The position numbers and the translations under genes were made by a program. A stretch of 64,000 nucleotides of DNA from a virus. This document shows, piece by piece, positions 28,096 to 37,131 of the stretch. The stretch is taken from the IMG/VR virus record IMGVR_UViG_3300009159_000067, positions 2,922-66,921 of that record. One strand, 5' to 3'. The notes under the pieces were generated by a model, which saw nothing but the letters and a program-made list of their open reading frames with translations, did no database searches and was not told the DNA's origin. Every line of letters begins with the position of its first letter. Position 1 is the first letter of the stretch.

Positions 28096-28850
28096 GTGTA
28101 AGTGATATAATAGTTAAAACATTAAAAAATTCATCATTTAAAGAAGATGGGTTTATTTATAATTTTTATGACGCTAATTATGAGATTAAAGGTAAAATAA
28201 AACCATACCATAATGCCACAGGATATTATAATTTTTTTGTGAATGTAATTTTACCCCAAAAAAACCAATCTTACTCAATAGTTAAATTTGAGTATGATGT
28301 TAACGATTATATTGGACGGTTTTCAAAATATTTTGGACAATCAATATCTTATAAATTACATTTTTTAGTGGATAATAAAGATCCCGAACTTGTTTATATA
28401 AACCCCGAATCACTTTCTGAAATAGTTGATGCAGCAGAACAAAGTATAAAAAAAGGAAAACTTGAATTTGTAAATGATAGTGAATTAACATTTAATATTG
28501 ATATTTTACAACCAAAAAAGAGAGGGTTTACAGAATTTAGTGACTATTCAATTAGTTTCTTTTTTCCATTGAATATTAGTAATGTTTATTATGATGGAGA
28601 AAAAATCGATATTTCAAAATTTGATAAAGAAAAAATTGAAAATTTCACAGGTTACCTTAATGATTTACTTATAGAAGATGATGGATCAAGAGGAAGAATG
28701 GAAAACATAATCTACGATATTTTAGAACCGCAACTCAAATTAAGAAATTGCGACCAATTTGTTCAAGCTAATACATATGTGGTCCAATTATACGGAAAAG
28801 ATGTAAAACCAAGTTGGGGTAATTTTAAGATTGAGGACTTTATCTCTTAA
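28092..28850 (+). CDS. Hypothetical protein
   Basis: ORF overlapping the previous stop. Confidence 0.7.
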   Translation: MSVSDIIVKTLKNSSFKEDGFIYNFYDANYEIKGKIKPYHNATGYYNFFVNVILPQKNQSYSIVKFEYDVNDYIGRFSKYFGQSISYKLHFLVDNKDPELVYINPESLSEIVDAAEQSIKKGKLEFVNDSELTFNIDILQPKKRGFTEFSDYSISFFFPLNISNVYYDGEKIDISKFDKEKIENFTGYLNDLLIEDDGSRGRMENIIYDILEPQLKLRNCDQFVQANTYVVQLYGKDVKPSWGNFKIEDFIS

Positions 28851-29463
28851 ATTTTTTCAATAGTTTTTTAATAATCGCATATAATGAAGTTGATGCAACT
28901 GATATTACTCCTGATAATATTAATCTTTCTGTAATTAATTTAGCGGCCTCATTTAAATTTTTACTATTGTTTGCGATTGAATGAATATCATCAATGATTG
29001 GAACTAAAAAAGCATAAGATGCGGCATCCATAAAAGAACTAACTGCAATGTTTGAACTTGATAAAAAATTTAAAAAGGCTTCTTTTAATTCAATTCCTTT
29101 TGATAAGACTTGATCAAAGACATCCTCAATGCCGTCTTTTTTAATTTTATCGTATATCTTGTTAAAAAGCCTTTTATTTTCAAAAAATAAAAAAGATGCA
29201 ACTCCTAAAACAATAAGCAAAATTTGAAATTCTGTTATTTTAAAGTTTCCTTTTCTAACATAATTGTCCAATGGCATCATTAATCCACCAATTGATGCTC
29301 CCCAAGTTAAAAGCATATTCAAATTGATTTTATATTTTTTACCCACTTTATTTACAATGTCGCGAGTAAAAGAATATAATTCTTTCATATAGTCTGTCAT
29401 CTTGGACTCATCCTGTTCCTGAAGAATTATTTTCAGTTGTGTTTCATTAATTAAAAAATCCAT
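28840..29463 (-). CDS. Leader-bearing helical protein (paralog of 15049..15678)
   Basis: MDFLINETQL; TWGASIGG..PL. Confidence 0.75.
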   Translation of the reverse strand: MDFLINETQLKIILQEQDESKMTDYMKELYSFTRDIVNKVGKKYKINLNMLLTWGASIGGLMMPLDNYVRKGNFKITEFQILLIVLGVASFLFFENKRLFNKIYDKIKKDGIEDVFDQVLSKGIELKEAFLNFLSSSNIAVSSFMDAASYAFLVPIIDDIHSIANNSKNLNEAAKLITERLILSGVISVASTSLYAIIKKLLKKFKR

Positions 29464-29500
29464 ATAAACAATAAATATATCGGATATATTTATTGTTTAT
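29464..29500. repeat. Perfect 18-bp inverted repeat forming back-to-back TATTTAT motifs
   Basis: ataaacaataaatatatc-g-gatatatttattgtttat. Confidence 0.85.
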
Positions 29501-30113
29501 GAAAGGACAGCTAAAACAAAAATTAGAGGTAGGAGATCGTGTAATGTTATATCATATGGAAGGTGAAGGATCTGTTACACCAGGAACATTAGGGACTGTA
29601 AGTCGTATAACAAGAGATCCGTTTGAGAAAAATTCGGATGAAGAAATTGTTATGGTTAAGTGGGATAATGGAAGTACATTATCTTTGATTACCGCAACTG
29701 ATGTCTGGAAAAAGATATCTGAATCTCACATATCTGAAGAACGTATAAAAACAAATGATTCCAGATTAGATTTTGCCGTTGAAAATGAAGAGTTATTTAG
29801 ATTATTTGATTGGAAATATTTGAGAGAATATCTTGGAAAAGTAAGAGATTCTGGTATTATTAATATGTTTGGATCAGCTCCTTTTTTATATTCAGGTGAA
29901 CAATGGATTGATAGATACTATGGTGAAAATCCACCAGATCAAGAATCTTTTGATGAAGTTCTTGAAATGGCAGATGAGGCCAAAGATAAGATGATACAAG
30001 GGACATTAAAATATATGGAATCCAAAAATATGGAAATTGAACTTTCTCGTGTTAATAATTACATAGGAAGATTGGCCACAAAAATGGTTGGACTTTATAT
30101 TACTTTTTATTAA
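29499..30113 (+). CDS. DUF4314-like SH3 domain fused to DUF5049-like domain
   Basis: VGDRV.L..M...PGT.GTV...VKWDNGS.L.L; VRDSGIINMF. Confidence 0.6.
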   Translation: MKGQLKQKLEVGDRVMLYHMEGEGSVTPGTLGTVSRITRDPFEKNSDEEIVMVKWDNGSTLSLITATDVWKKISESHISEERIKTNDSRLDFAVENEELFRLFDWKYLREYLGKVRDSGIINMFGSAPFLYSGEQWIDRYYGENPPDQESFDEVLEMADEAKDKMIQGTLKYMESKNMEIELSRVNNYIGRLATKMVGLYITFY

Positions 30114-30118
30114 TTGGT

Positions 30119-30307
30119 TTAATTATTATTGTTGTATGTTCTTTTTATTGGTTCTTTTTTAAAAAAGTATCCTGATATGTCTACATAACGCATCAATTCT
30201 TTATCTCCTTCAATTGTAGTTGTTCCCTTTGATGCTTTTAGCATTACAATTTTGTATCCAAATTTGTTAGCAAACCATTTGATTAATTTTACGTGCGTCC
30301 TATTCAT
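30119..30307 (-). CDS. Hypothetical protein
   Basis: ORF. Confidence 0.5.
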   Translation of the reverse strand: MNRTHVKLIKWFANKFGYKIVMLKASKGTTTIEGDKELMRYVDISGYFFKKEPIKRTYNNNN

Positions 30308-30362
30308 AATTTTATTATTTTAATTTATATAATACTAATTTTTATATTTTTCTTTGTCCATT

Positions 30363-31409
30363 TTAATTACTTAAAGGTGCTTTAATTGATGGATGTGATT
30401 GGTAGTTTATTAGTTCAAAACAATCTGGTCTATAATTTAATATCTTCTCATCAAAGCTTTTTTCACCTAAATGTTCTTTAACTTTTTCATGAATATACCA
30501 ATCCCTTTCAGTTATTTTTACAGTGGGTAATTCATACGAATGTCTTGAACATTGTTCTGCAGCTTGTTCTAAATGATTATTATACAAATGAACATCACCT
30601 AAATTGCCAATTAAATCTTCAGGAACCATATTTACTTCTTTTGCAATAATTTCTAATAACAAACCATATGATGCGATGTTAAATGGCAATCCCAAGAATG
30701 TATCTACCGATCTTTGATTCCACATTAATGAGATTGCTCTATCTGGTGCGTAATCTAATGGGTCTATATTTTTTGTATATCCTTTTTTTTCATATATTTT
30801 TATCTTCTCTTCCGAGCTTAACTCTCTTGTGTAAACTTGAAATCCATAGTGACAAGGTGGTAATACCATTTGATTTAATTCACCTACATTCCAAGCATTA
30901 ACCATTAATCTTCTACTATCAAAATTTGTTTTAAGTTGGTTGATTAGGTTTTTGATTTGGTCTATACCACCTTTATTTAGTTCATTTGGAACATTCAACC
31001 AATTTCTCCATTGTGCACCATAAATTGGACCCAATTCACCCCACTTTTTAGCAAACTCATCATCTGTTTTAATCATATTTATGAATTGTTCTTTATTCCA
31101 AATTAGGTCTGGGTCACTTTCACTATTATCCATAAAATTTTTGAAAGCGTCACCATCCCAAATGTGACAATCATAATCTAATAAGAATTTTATATTAGTG
31201 TCTCCGCGTAGGAACCATAACAATTCTGTTACAATAGATTTCCAAGCCATTTTCTTTGTTGTAAGTAAAGGAAATCCCTCACTCATTTTGTGTCTGATCT
31301 GCCTACCAAATATTGACTTGGTTCCAGTTCCTGTCCTATCTGATTTATCAACTCCAAAATGTATTATATCGAGTAATAATTCTTTATATTGTTTGTCTAT
31401 GTTGTTCAT
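30363..31409 (-). CDS. thyA: Thymidylate synthase
   Basis: DRTGTGT, FPLLTTKK, ELLWFLRG, LPPCH, QRSVD.FLGLPFNIASY. Confidence 0.97.
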   Translation of the reverse strand: MNNIDKQYKELLLDIIHFGVDKSDRTGTGTKSIFGRQIRHKMSEGFPLLTTKKMAWKSIVTELLWFLRGDTNIKFLLDYDCHIWDGDAFKNFMDNSESDPDLIWNKEQFINMIKTDDEFAKKWGELGPIYGAQWRNWLNVPNELNKGGIDQIKNLINQLKTNFDSRRLMVNAWNVGELNQMVLPPCHYGFQVYTRELSSEEKIKIYEKKGYTKNIDPLDYAPDRAISLMWNQRSVDTFLGLPFNIASYGLLLEIIAKEVNMVPEDLIGNLGDVHLYNNHLEQAAEQCSRHSYELPTVKITERDWYIHEKVKEHLGEKSFDEKILNYRPDCFELINYQSHPSIKAPLSN

Positions 31410-31690
31410 TCTGTTTCATTTGAAATTATATCACCATATTCTTCAGCTGCTTTAGGATTTCTTTTTAAGAAGATTTCAAACGCAATCTGATATCTATTTA
31501 ACTCTATTTCATCTTCATATGATTTATTATGAATTGAGTCTGCGACATGTTGAATGCTATCGCATTTTGTTATAAGCTGTTGTTCGTAAATTTTTTGATT
31601 TTTACTACTCATTACTATTTCCAAAATTAGAAATAATGTAAGTATTACAACAGTTATTTTTAACGATTTTGTACTCATTGATTCTGACAT
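31406..31690 (-). CDS. Single-TM hypothetical protein
   Basis: ORF with N-terminal TM. Confidence 0.6.
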   Translation of the reverse strand: MSESMSTKSLKITVVILTLFLILEIVMSSKNQKIYEQQLITKCDSIQHVADSIHNKSYEDEIELNRYQIAFEIFLKRNPKAAEEYGDIISNETE

Positions 31691-31702
31691 TTTATTATTA
31701 TT

Positions 31703-31909
31703 TTATGATTTATGTTGATTATGCCATTCATCTATTATGTATTTTATGTTATCCGATAAATGATCCATTTTAGATAACCATTCCAACACATCTTCTGATC
31801 CTAACATATATGCTTGATGCATACAGGACATTATGGATCTTTTATCTAAAAATGAACTATGAGGAATTGTGTTTTCAAAAATTTCTTCGTATTTATCTTC
31901 GTTTTTCAT
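31703..31909 (-). CDS. Hypothetical protein
   Basis: ORF in a packed minus-strand run. Confidence 0.55.
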   Translation of the reverse strand: MKNEDKYEEIFENTIPHSSFLDKRSIMSCMHQAYMLGSEDVLEWLSKMDHLSDNIKYIIDEWHNQHKS

Positions 31910-31923
31910 GACATAATTTGATA

Positions 31924-32220
31924 TTATTTATTTATGTTATTGTAATAATCAATCCCAAAACTTGGTGATTTTTTTAATGTTCCATTTTTCCATCCATCCT
32001 CATATGCCTTTATTATCTTTTCCATCTCAACTGATTTTGCGTGTTCAATCTCTTCTGAACATGCATTAATGATAGCATTCTTGAATCTTTTAGGTAAATT
32101 TTCAATTAACCATTCTACTGCAGTAACCATTTTGTTGGTGTCACCAATATGGTACAATCCATCTTTAGCATCTGCTTCCATGATTTCTGTAAGGAGTTTC
32201 TTTTGTTCTTCTTTGTTCAT
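31924..32220 (-). CDS. Small phage protein (TAVEWL type)
   Basis: TAVEWL...AK..E.E.II.AY. Confidence 0.6.
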   Translation of the reverse strand: MNKEEQKKLLTEIMEADAKDGLYHIGDTNKMVTAVEWLIENLPKRFKNAIINACSEEIEHAKSVEMEKIIKAYEDGWKNGTLKKSPSFGIDYYNNINK

Positions 32221-32222
32221 AG

Positions 32223-32474
32223 TTATAACTTTTCTATCTCTTGTTTTACTTCTTCCCAGTATGGAATGTGATTGTCCCTGATGTATTCAGTATGATGTTT
32301 ATTTAATCCTAATCCTAACACAGTTTTAGATATCTCATCTACAGCTACTAATGCACACTTCTTTGCTTCTTCAAACTTGAATGGTATAGAATGTTCACCA
32401 GTGAATTGTCCATTATTAGATATAATAAGATACATTGTATCCACTATGATTGTGGCTTTTTCTTTTGGTGTCAT
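32223..32474 (-). CDS. Small phage protein (MTPKEKA type)
   Basis: AKKCALVAVDEI...YWEEVKQEIEKL. Confidence 0.6.
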   Translation of the reverse strand: MTPKEKATIIVDTMYLIISNNGQFTGEHSIPFKFEEAKKCALVAVDEISKTVLGLGLNKHHTEYIRDNHIPYWEEVKQEIEKL

Positions 32475-32605
32475 AGGTTTTATTATTTTATAAAAATTAT
32501 CATAACAGTTAAAAGTATCCCAAATGCTATAATTCCTAAAACTAAACCTTTCCAAAAACTTTTAGGATTTCCCCAATCTTGAAAATTTAATATTTCCATA
32601 ATATA

Positions 32606-32818
32606 TTATTTATTTATAAACATGTTTGTATTAGCAATAGGAACTCGTAAAACAGGAATTGATTTTTCGAATTCATCTTTTTGCATAATCTCATAAAAAT
32701 TATCGACAATTTTAACTGTCGGAATATTTCCTATTGATACAAGAATTTCGCTTTGTTCCGCATGATCTTTGTAGAGTTTTACGGTTTTTGTTGTTGTGTT
32801 GAATACTAATGTTTGCAT
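32606..32818 (-). CDS. Hypothetical protein
   Basis: ORF. Confidence 0.55.
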   Translation of the reverse strand: MQTLVFNTTTKTVKLYKDHAEQSEILVSIGNIPTVKIVDNFYEIMQKDEFEKSIPVLRVPIANTNMFINK

Positions 32819-32829
32819 ATTTGTTTTTT

Positions 32830-33066
32830 TTAAATTTCTGAATATTTTATTGTTGCGTCTCCTTGAACATGATCAAAACTTTCCCACCTTGTGAATCCTA
32901 AATTTTTAGGAAGTATGTGATGTTCCCTATGTCCACAAACACTACATTCTCTAACAGGAACTCTCACAAATTCACGACCCGAAGGGTGATTGATAACTTT
33001 ATGTTTTTCTCTTTTATATTTCCAAGTATGAATATCAAAGATACAAAAAATTTTTCTAATTTTCAT
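32830..33066 (-). CDS. Small Zn-ribbon-like protein
   Basis: FC...H.W ... RECSVCG. Confidence 0.55.
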   Translation of the reverse strand: MKIRKIFCIFDIHTWKYKREKHKVINHPSGREFVRVPVRECSVCGHREHHILPKNLGFTRWESFDHVQGDATIKYSEI

Positions 33067-33070
33067 AATT

Positions 33071-33739
33071 TTATTTTGAATTTAATAATCTTTCAACATG
33101 ATGGTCTTCAGGCATTTCAGATAATTTATCCCTGTGTCTTAACAAAGGAACAACTTCTCTATAAACATTATAAGGTCTAAATTCAGGGTGACCATCCACA
33201 CCCACATCCATTCTTTGACCTCTACCAAATCTCATGTGAGTAGGTAAGTGACAGTGGCCATGTAAGTGCATTATACCCTTATTTAGACCATCCCAAGAAC
33301 TTATGGGATAGTGCATCAAACGAAACTTAAATTGTCCCATTTCAAGAGTATTGTAATGAGAAACGGACTTAAATAACCCTTGAGATCCTTTACGATTGTT
33401 TTCTATGTGATGATCGTGATTACCCAAAACCAAATGTATATTTTTACATATTATTCTATCCCAAAACTCTCGTATTTTTTCAAAACCACCAAAAGACCAG
33501 TCTCCAAGATGTATCAATATATCATCTTGTCCAACAACTTCGTTTATGTTATTAACTATAGACGCATTCATTTTTTCTATTGTTATAAAATCACGAGTTT
33601 GTGATATAGGAACCAGTCCATCTTCAGTTCTCCATTCGGTCGTTCCTCTACATATATTTTTATGGGAATAATGGGTGTCGGAAGTTATCCACACATTTTG
33701 CAATGGCACATTTTTGCTATCTACTTCTATCTTTATCAT
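33071..33739 (-). CDS. Calcineurin-like phosphoesterase
   Basis: TSDTHY.H.NI, HLGD, GNHD, HYP, LHGH.H, DVGVD. Confidence 0.9.
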   Translation of the reverse strand: MIKIEVDSKNVPLQNVWITSDTHYSHKNICRGTTEWRTEDGLVPISQTRDFITIEKMNASIVNNINEVVGQDDILIHLGDWSFGGFEKIREFWDRIICKNIHLVLGNHDHHIENNRKGSQGLFKSVSHYNTLEMGQFKFRLMHYPISSWDGLNKGIMHLHGHCHLPTHMRFGRGQRMDVGVDGHPEFRPYNVYREVVPLLRHRDKLSEMPEDHHVERLLNSK

Positions 33740-33756
33740 TGTGCAAATCTAATAAA

Positions 33757-34011
33757 TTATTCTGAAATTAAAAAAACTGGATTTTGTTCTCCGGCATAAA
33801 GACCAATAATATTATAACCATAAAATTCATCAGCTTCCTCAATAGACATCCCGTCTCTTTCACATAAAATGGAAAGAATTCTGTCTCTGGAATATAAAAT
33901 ACGAGGACCGTTACCAAATTCTTCGACAATTCCAATAATGGCATCATCAAGTCCATCAAGTATTATTGCACCTTCCGCAAATTCGTTTATATCGTCATTA
34001 TCTATAGTCAT
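33757..34011 (-). CDS. Conserved phage hypothetical protein
   Basis: LDGLDDAIIG..DGMS.EEA.EF..YNI.G.Y.GE.NP.F. Confidence 0.65.
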   Translation of the reverse strand: MTIDNDDINEFAEGAIILDGLDDAIIGIVEEFGNGPRILYSRDRILSILCERDGMSIEEADEFYGYNIIGLYAGEQNPVFLISE

Positions 34012-34176
34012 AAAATAAAAAAACAAGCGAGTTCAAAATTTGGCGATAAGTAAATTACCAAGATACTATCAAAAGAATTATTGAACTTCACTTGTTCTAT
34101 ACAATGATAATTTGTTTTTAAACCTATGTCAAATAAAAAATTGAAAAAACAAAAGTATTTATATAAAAAATAAATT

Positions 34177-35550
34177 ATGAGAGGATACTTCGCAGTTAAT
34201 ACAATATCAGAAGAAGAAAGATCTAATATATTGTCACAACACAAAACATTATATAATGGATATCAGACAATGAACCCTGAAATCCCAAATACTCAACCAC
34301 TTTATGTTCAAGATTTTGCAAAAGACAAAGTCGGAGCAGTAATGGGAAATAAAGGTAATATCAAAGGATACACCAATATGGGAATAAACGAGCAAGTTGA
34401 AGAGCAATCTTTTCCTTATGATAAACCAATCGTTTCTGAAGGTGAATGTTCTGAATGCGGTGGCACAATGATGGAAGGTGAATGTTCTGAATGCGGATGG
34501 AAAGGTAATATGGATGAACATGCAGAAGATGGAGATCCACAATATACAAGATTGGAAGAAGGTGAATGTTCCGAATGTGGAGGAATGATGGAAGAAGGCG
34601 TTTGTAATGAATGTGGATACGGATCAATGGAAGAAGAGACAGGTCATCTTGATGACATTTATCATGAAGAAGATTTAGATCCAAATGCTGAATTTGATTA
34701 TGTTAAAGGTGCAAGCAACAAAACAAATGCATTCCATGTAAAAGAACAAATGATGAAAACTCCAATTGGAAAAATATCGGCAATTGGCGGAATGAAAGAG
34801 AAATCTGAATTAGAAGAATTATCAACTCACGAATTAGAGAAGGGTAAAAAATATAAATATAATTTACCAAGTTTTGATGATGAAGTTGAATTTGACGACG
34901 AATTTGAAGATAAATCAGGCGGTGAAAAAATGTATATGTTTAAAGGAAGAAAAGATTCAATGTCTCATTTGATGCCTGGTAAACATATTGAAACTTATAT
35001 TGATAACATAGAAGAACAAGGTGGAAATGCTGATGATATGGATGTCGATGATGTTCAACCAGCATATAATTTTGATTCTGACGGACCAATGGACGGAGGA
35101 GATGTTTATCCAGTTAATGAATACGATGATCAAGAAAGTTTTGATGAGTTAATCAATATGGATTCAGCAATTGAAGATGAAAGAGATAATCTTGAACAAG
35201 AAGGTTATGAACAAATGGAATCAGCATTTGCTGATGAAATGGATGAAGTTGATATTTCAGGATCTCAAGGAGTTTATGGTGATATGGACCCAGCATATGA
35301 TTTTGATAGTGAAGGACCTGGTAAAGGCGGACCTTATCAAGAATATCACGGAGAAACAGTATCTGGTGATGATGATGAATTAGAAGTTAATTTTGATGAA
35401 TTTGATCCAAGAGATAAATCTTGGGAAGAAATCACACAACACACAGGAGATGATGAATTCGGATATGTTGATGAAGACATTAGAGAATCACTCATTATTC
35501 AGAAAAATAGGATAATGGAAATGATGAATCGAATGAAAGTTATAAAATAA
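34177..35550 (+). CDS. Acidic repeat protein with CxxC knuckles (scaffold/core-like)
   Basis: EGECSECG repeats, PAYxFDSxGP twice, leader ISEEER. Confidence 0.7.
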   Translation: MRGYFAVNTISEEERSNILSQHKTLYNGYQTMNPEIPNTQPLYVQDFAKDKVGAVMGNKGNIKGYTNMGINEQVEEQSFPYDKPIVSEGECSECGGTMMEGECSECGWKGNMDEHAEDGDPQYTRLEEGECSECGGMMEEGVCNECGYGSMEEETGHLDDIYHEEDLDPNAEFDYVKGASNKTNAFHVKEQMMKTPIGKISAIGGMKEKSELEELSTHELEKGKKYKYNLPSFDDEVEFDDEFEDKSGGEKMYMFKGRKDSMSHLMPGKHIETYIDNIEEQGGNADDMDVDDVQPAYNFDSDGPMDGGDVYPVNEYDDQESFDELINMDSAIEDERDNLEQEGYEQMESAFADEMDEVDISGSQGVYGDMDPAYDFDSEGPGKGGPYQEYHGETVSGDDDELEVNFDEFDPRDKSWEEITQHTGDDEFGYVDEDIRESLIIQKNRIMEMMNRMKVIK

Positions 35551-35642
35551 ATTGAATCCCCTCCAAGTCGAGGGGATTTTTATTTTTGGTAATATATGGA
35601 TTTTCACATATTTTATGATATTTCTTATATAAATTATGTGTT

Positions 35643-35942
35643 ATGGAAATTAAAGAAGTTATATCTTATTTTGTAAATTCTGATTCAAATATATTGGAAG
35701 TATCTTTTAGGACAATTGACGATAACGAAGATGTTTTAAGAACTGATAATATTGATTATACATTGGTTGAAGAATATGGGTTTGAACTTGAAACCATATC
35801 TTTTAACTTCTTTGATGATGAATTGTCGGAAGATTCAGAAGAGGAAACAAAAATTGAATTGGATGAAGATGAATTAATATCGTTTTTGAATGAATACTAT
35901 ACGGTAAATCCAAGATCAATACCAAAATCAGAGTTTTATTAA
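35643..35942 (+). CDS. Acidic hypothetical protein
   Basis: ORF. Confidence 0.65.
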   Translation: MEIKEVISYFVNSDSNILEVSFRTIDDNEDVLRTDNIDYTLVEEYGFELETISFNFFDDELSEDSEEETKIELDEDELISFLNEYYTVNPRSIPKSEFY

Positions 35943-36460
35943 GGACCAACCCTACTAAAAACCATTGTTAAGGTTTGATTTTCACCATTGGCCCGAGTTC
36001 CCAAAAGCTTTAACTGAAGTGATTCAATTCCATCTTGCTCAATCAAGAAATTCATTGTTCTTGATGTTATATCTTTTGTAAGGTAAGTGAAATTTAATAT
36101 TCCGTTATTATATGAGTTATTGCAATACACTCTATAGAATATTTCATTTGGTCTATCTCCGTATTGCCAGATATCCCTTCCATCTGGTGTCTCTAACAAA
36201 TTCATTCGTACTTCCGAATAAGTTAGATGAATGTAAAAACGATTTACTACCATAGAATCAAACGGATTGGGTAAATTTTTATTCTTATATACAGATCCTG
36301 GTCTATAAAGAGAATCTCTATAATCATTTTGATTCTCACTCGTCACATCCAATAAACTCAACACATATTTTCCACTTAAAGTTAAATTTGTCCCTGTGCT
36401 GTATTTTTCACAAGAAACAAAAAAACAAATAATTAAAGATAATACAAGTATTCTTTTCAT
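35939..36460 (-). CDS. Lipoprotein (lipocalin-like)
   Basis: Lipobox FVSC; LSGKY.L strand. Confidence 0.6.
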   Translation of the reverse strand: MKRILVLSLIICFFVSCEKYSTGTNLTLSGKYVLSLLDVTSENQNDYRDSLYRPGSVYKNKNLPNPFDSMVVNRFYIHLTYSEVRMNLLETPDGRDIWQYGDRPNEIFYRVYCNNSYNNGILNFTYLTKDITSRTMNFLIEQDGIESLQLKLLGTRANGENQTLTMVFSRVGP

Positions 36461-36508
36461 AATTGTGAAGATATTCTATTTTTATCAAAAACAAAAATAT
36501 TTATTCAT

Positions 36509-36823
36509 ATGATTTTAGATATAGATTATTTAATAGAATTTTTTAGAAAACATACAACTTCATTTGAAAAAAAAGAAATTGAAGAACAAGGTGATCCTAC
36601 ATCTGCACCAAGTGGAGGCGGATCAGCAGGAGGATCAACAGCACCTGCAGGAAAGAGTCCCAAAAAATGGGAAACAGGTCTTACCAGAGGTAAAGCAAAT
36701 CAAATTGGAAATACAAAATGGGAAAGCGGAAGAACCTTGGGAAAAACCTATATGAACGACCCAAAGTATAAATGGACATCAGGAAGAACTATGGGTAAAA
36801 CTGGGGGATCTGACTTTGCTTAA
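36509..36823 (+). CDS. Small protein with three KWxxGxTxGK repeats
   Basis: KWETGLTRGK / KWESGRTLGK / KWTSGRTMGK after IEEQ. Confidence 0.7.
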   Translation: MILDIDYLIEFFRKHTTSFEKKEIEEQGDPTSAPSGGGSAGGSTAPAGKSPKKWETGLTRGKANQIGNTKWESGRTLGKTYMNDPKYKWTSGRTMGKTGGSDFA

Positions 36824-36831
36824 ATATTAAG

Positions 36832-37119
36832 TTAAAATAAGCCAAAAAACTTCTTTTTCTTTTTAATTTTGAATGTTCTTATTAATCCCTCAGAAATCAA
36901 ATTTGTATTAACAAAATTTTTTGCAGAAATATTATTAACTTTTATAACATTTTGAAGATGAGTAAAATTTTTATATTCTAAAAAAATTTGTTCTGATTCA
37001 TATGATTGATTATCTAAAGTATAATAAATTTCTTTTCCCAAAATAATTTCAGAATCTATAATTTTCTTTACCTCCATAGATCCTGAAATTACAACTGAAC
37101 TTCCTGTATTATATTTCAT
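36832..37119 (-). CDS. Hypothetical protein
   Basis: ORF after TACCTTTG promoter. Confidence 0.55.
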   Translation of the reverse strand: MKYNTGSSVVISGSMEVKKIIDSEIILGKEIYYTLDNQSYESEQIFLEYKNFTHLQNVIKVNNISAKNFVNTNLISEGLIRTFKIKKKKKFFGLF

Positions 37120-37131
37120 TTTGAATTATTT

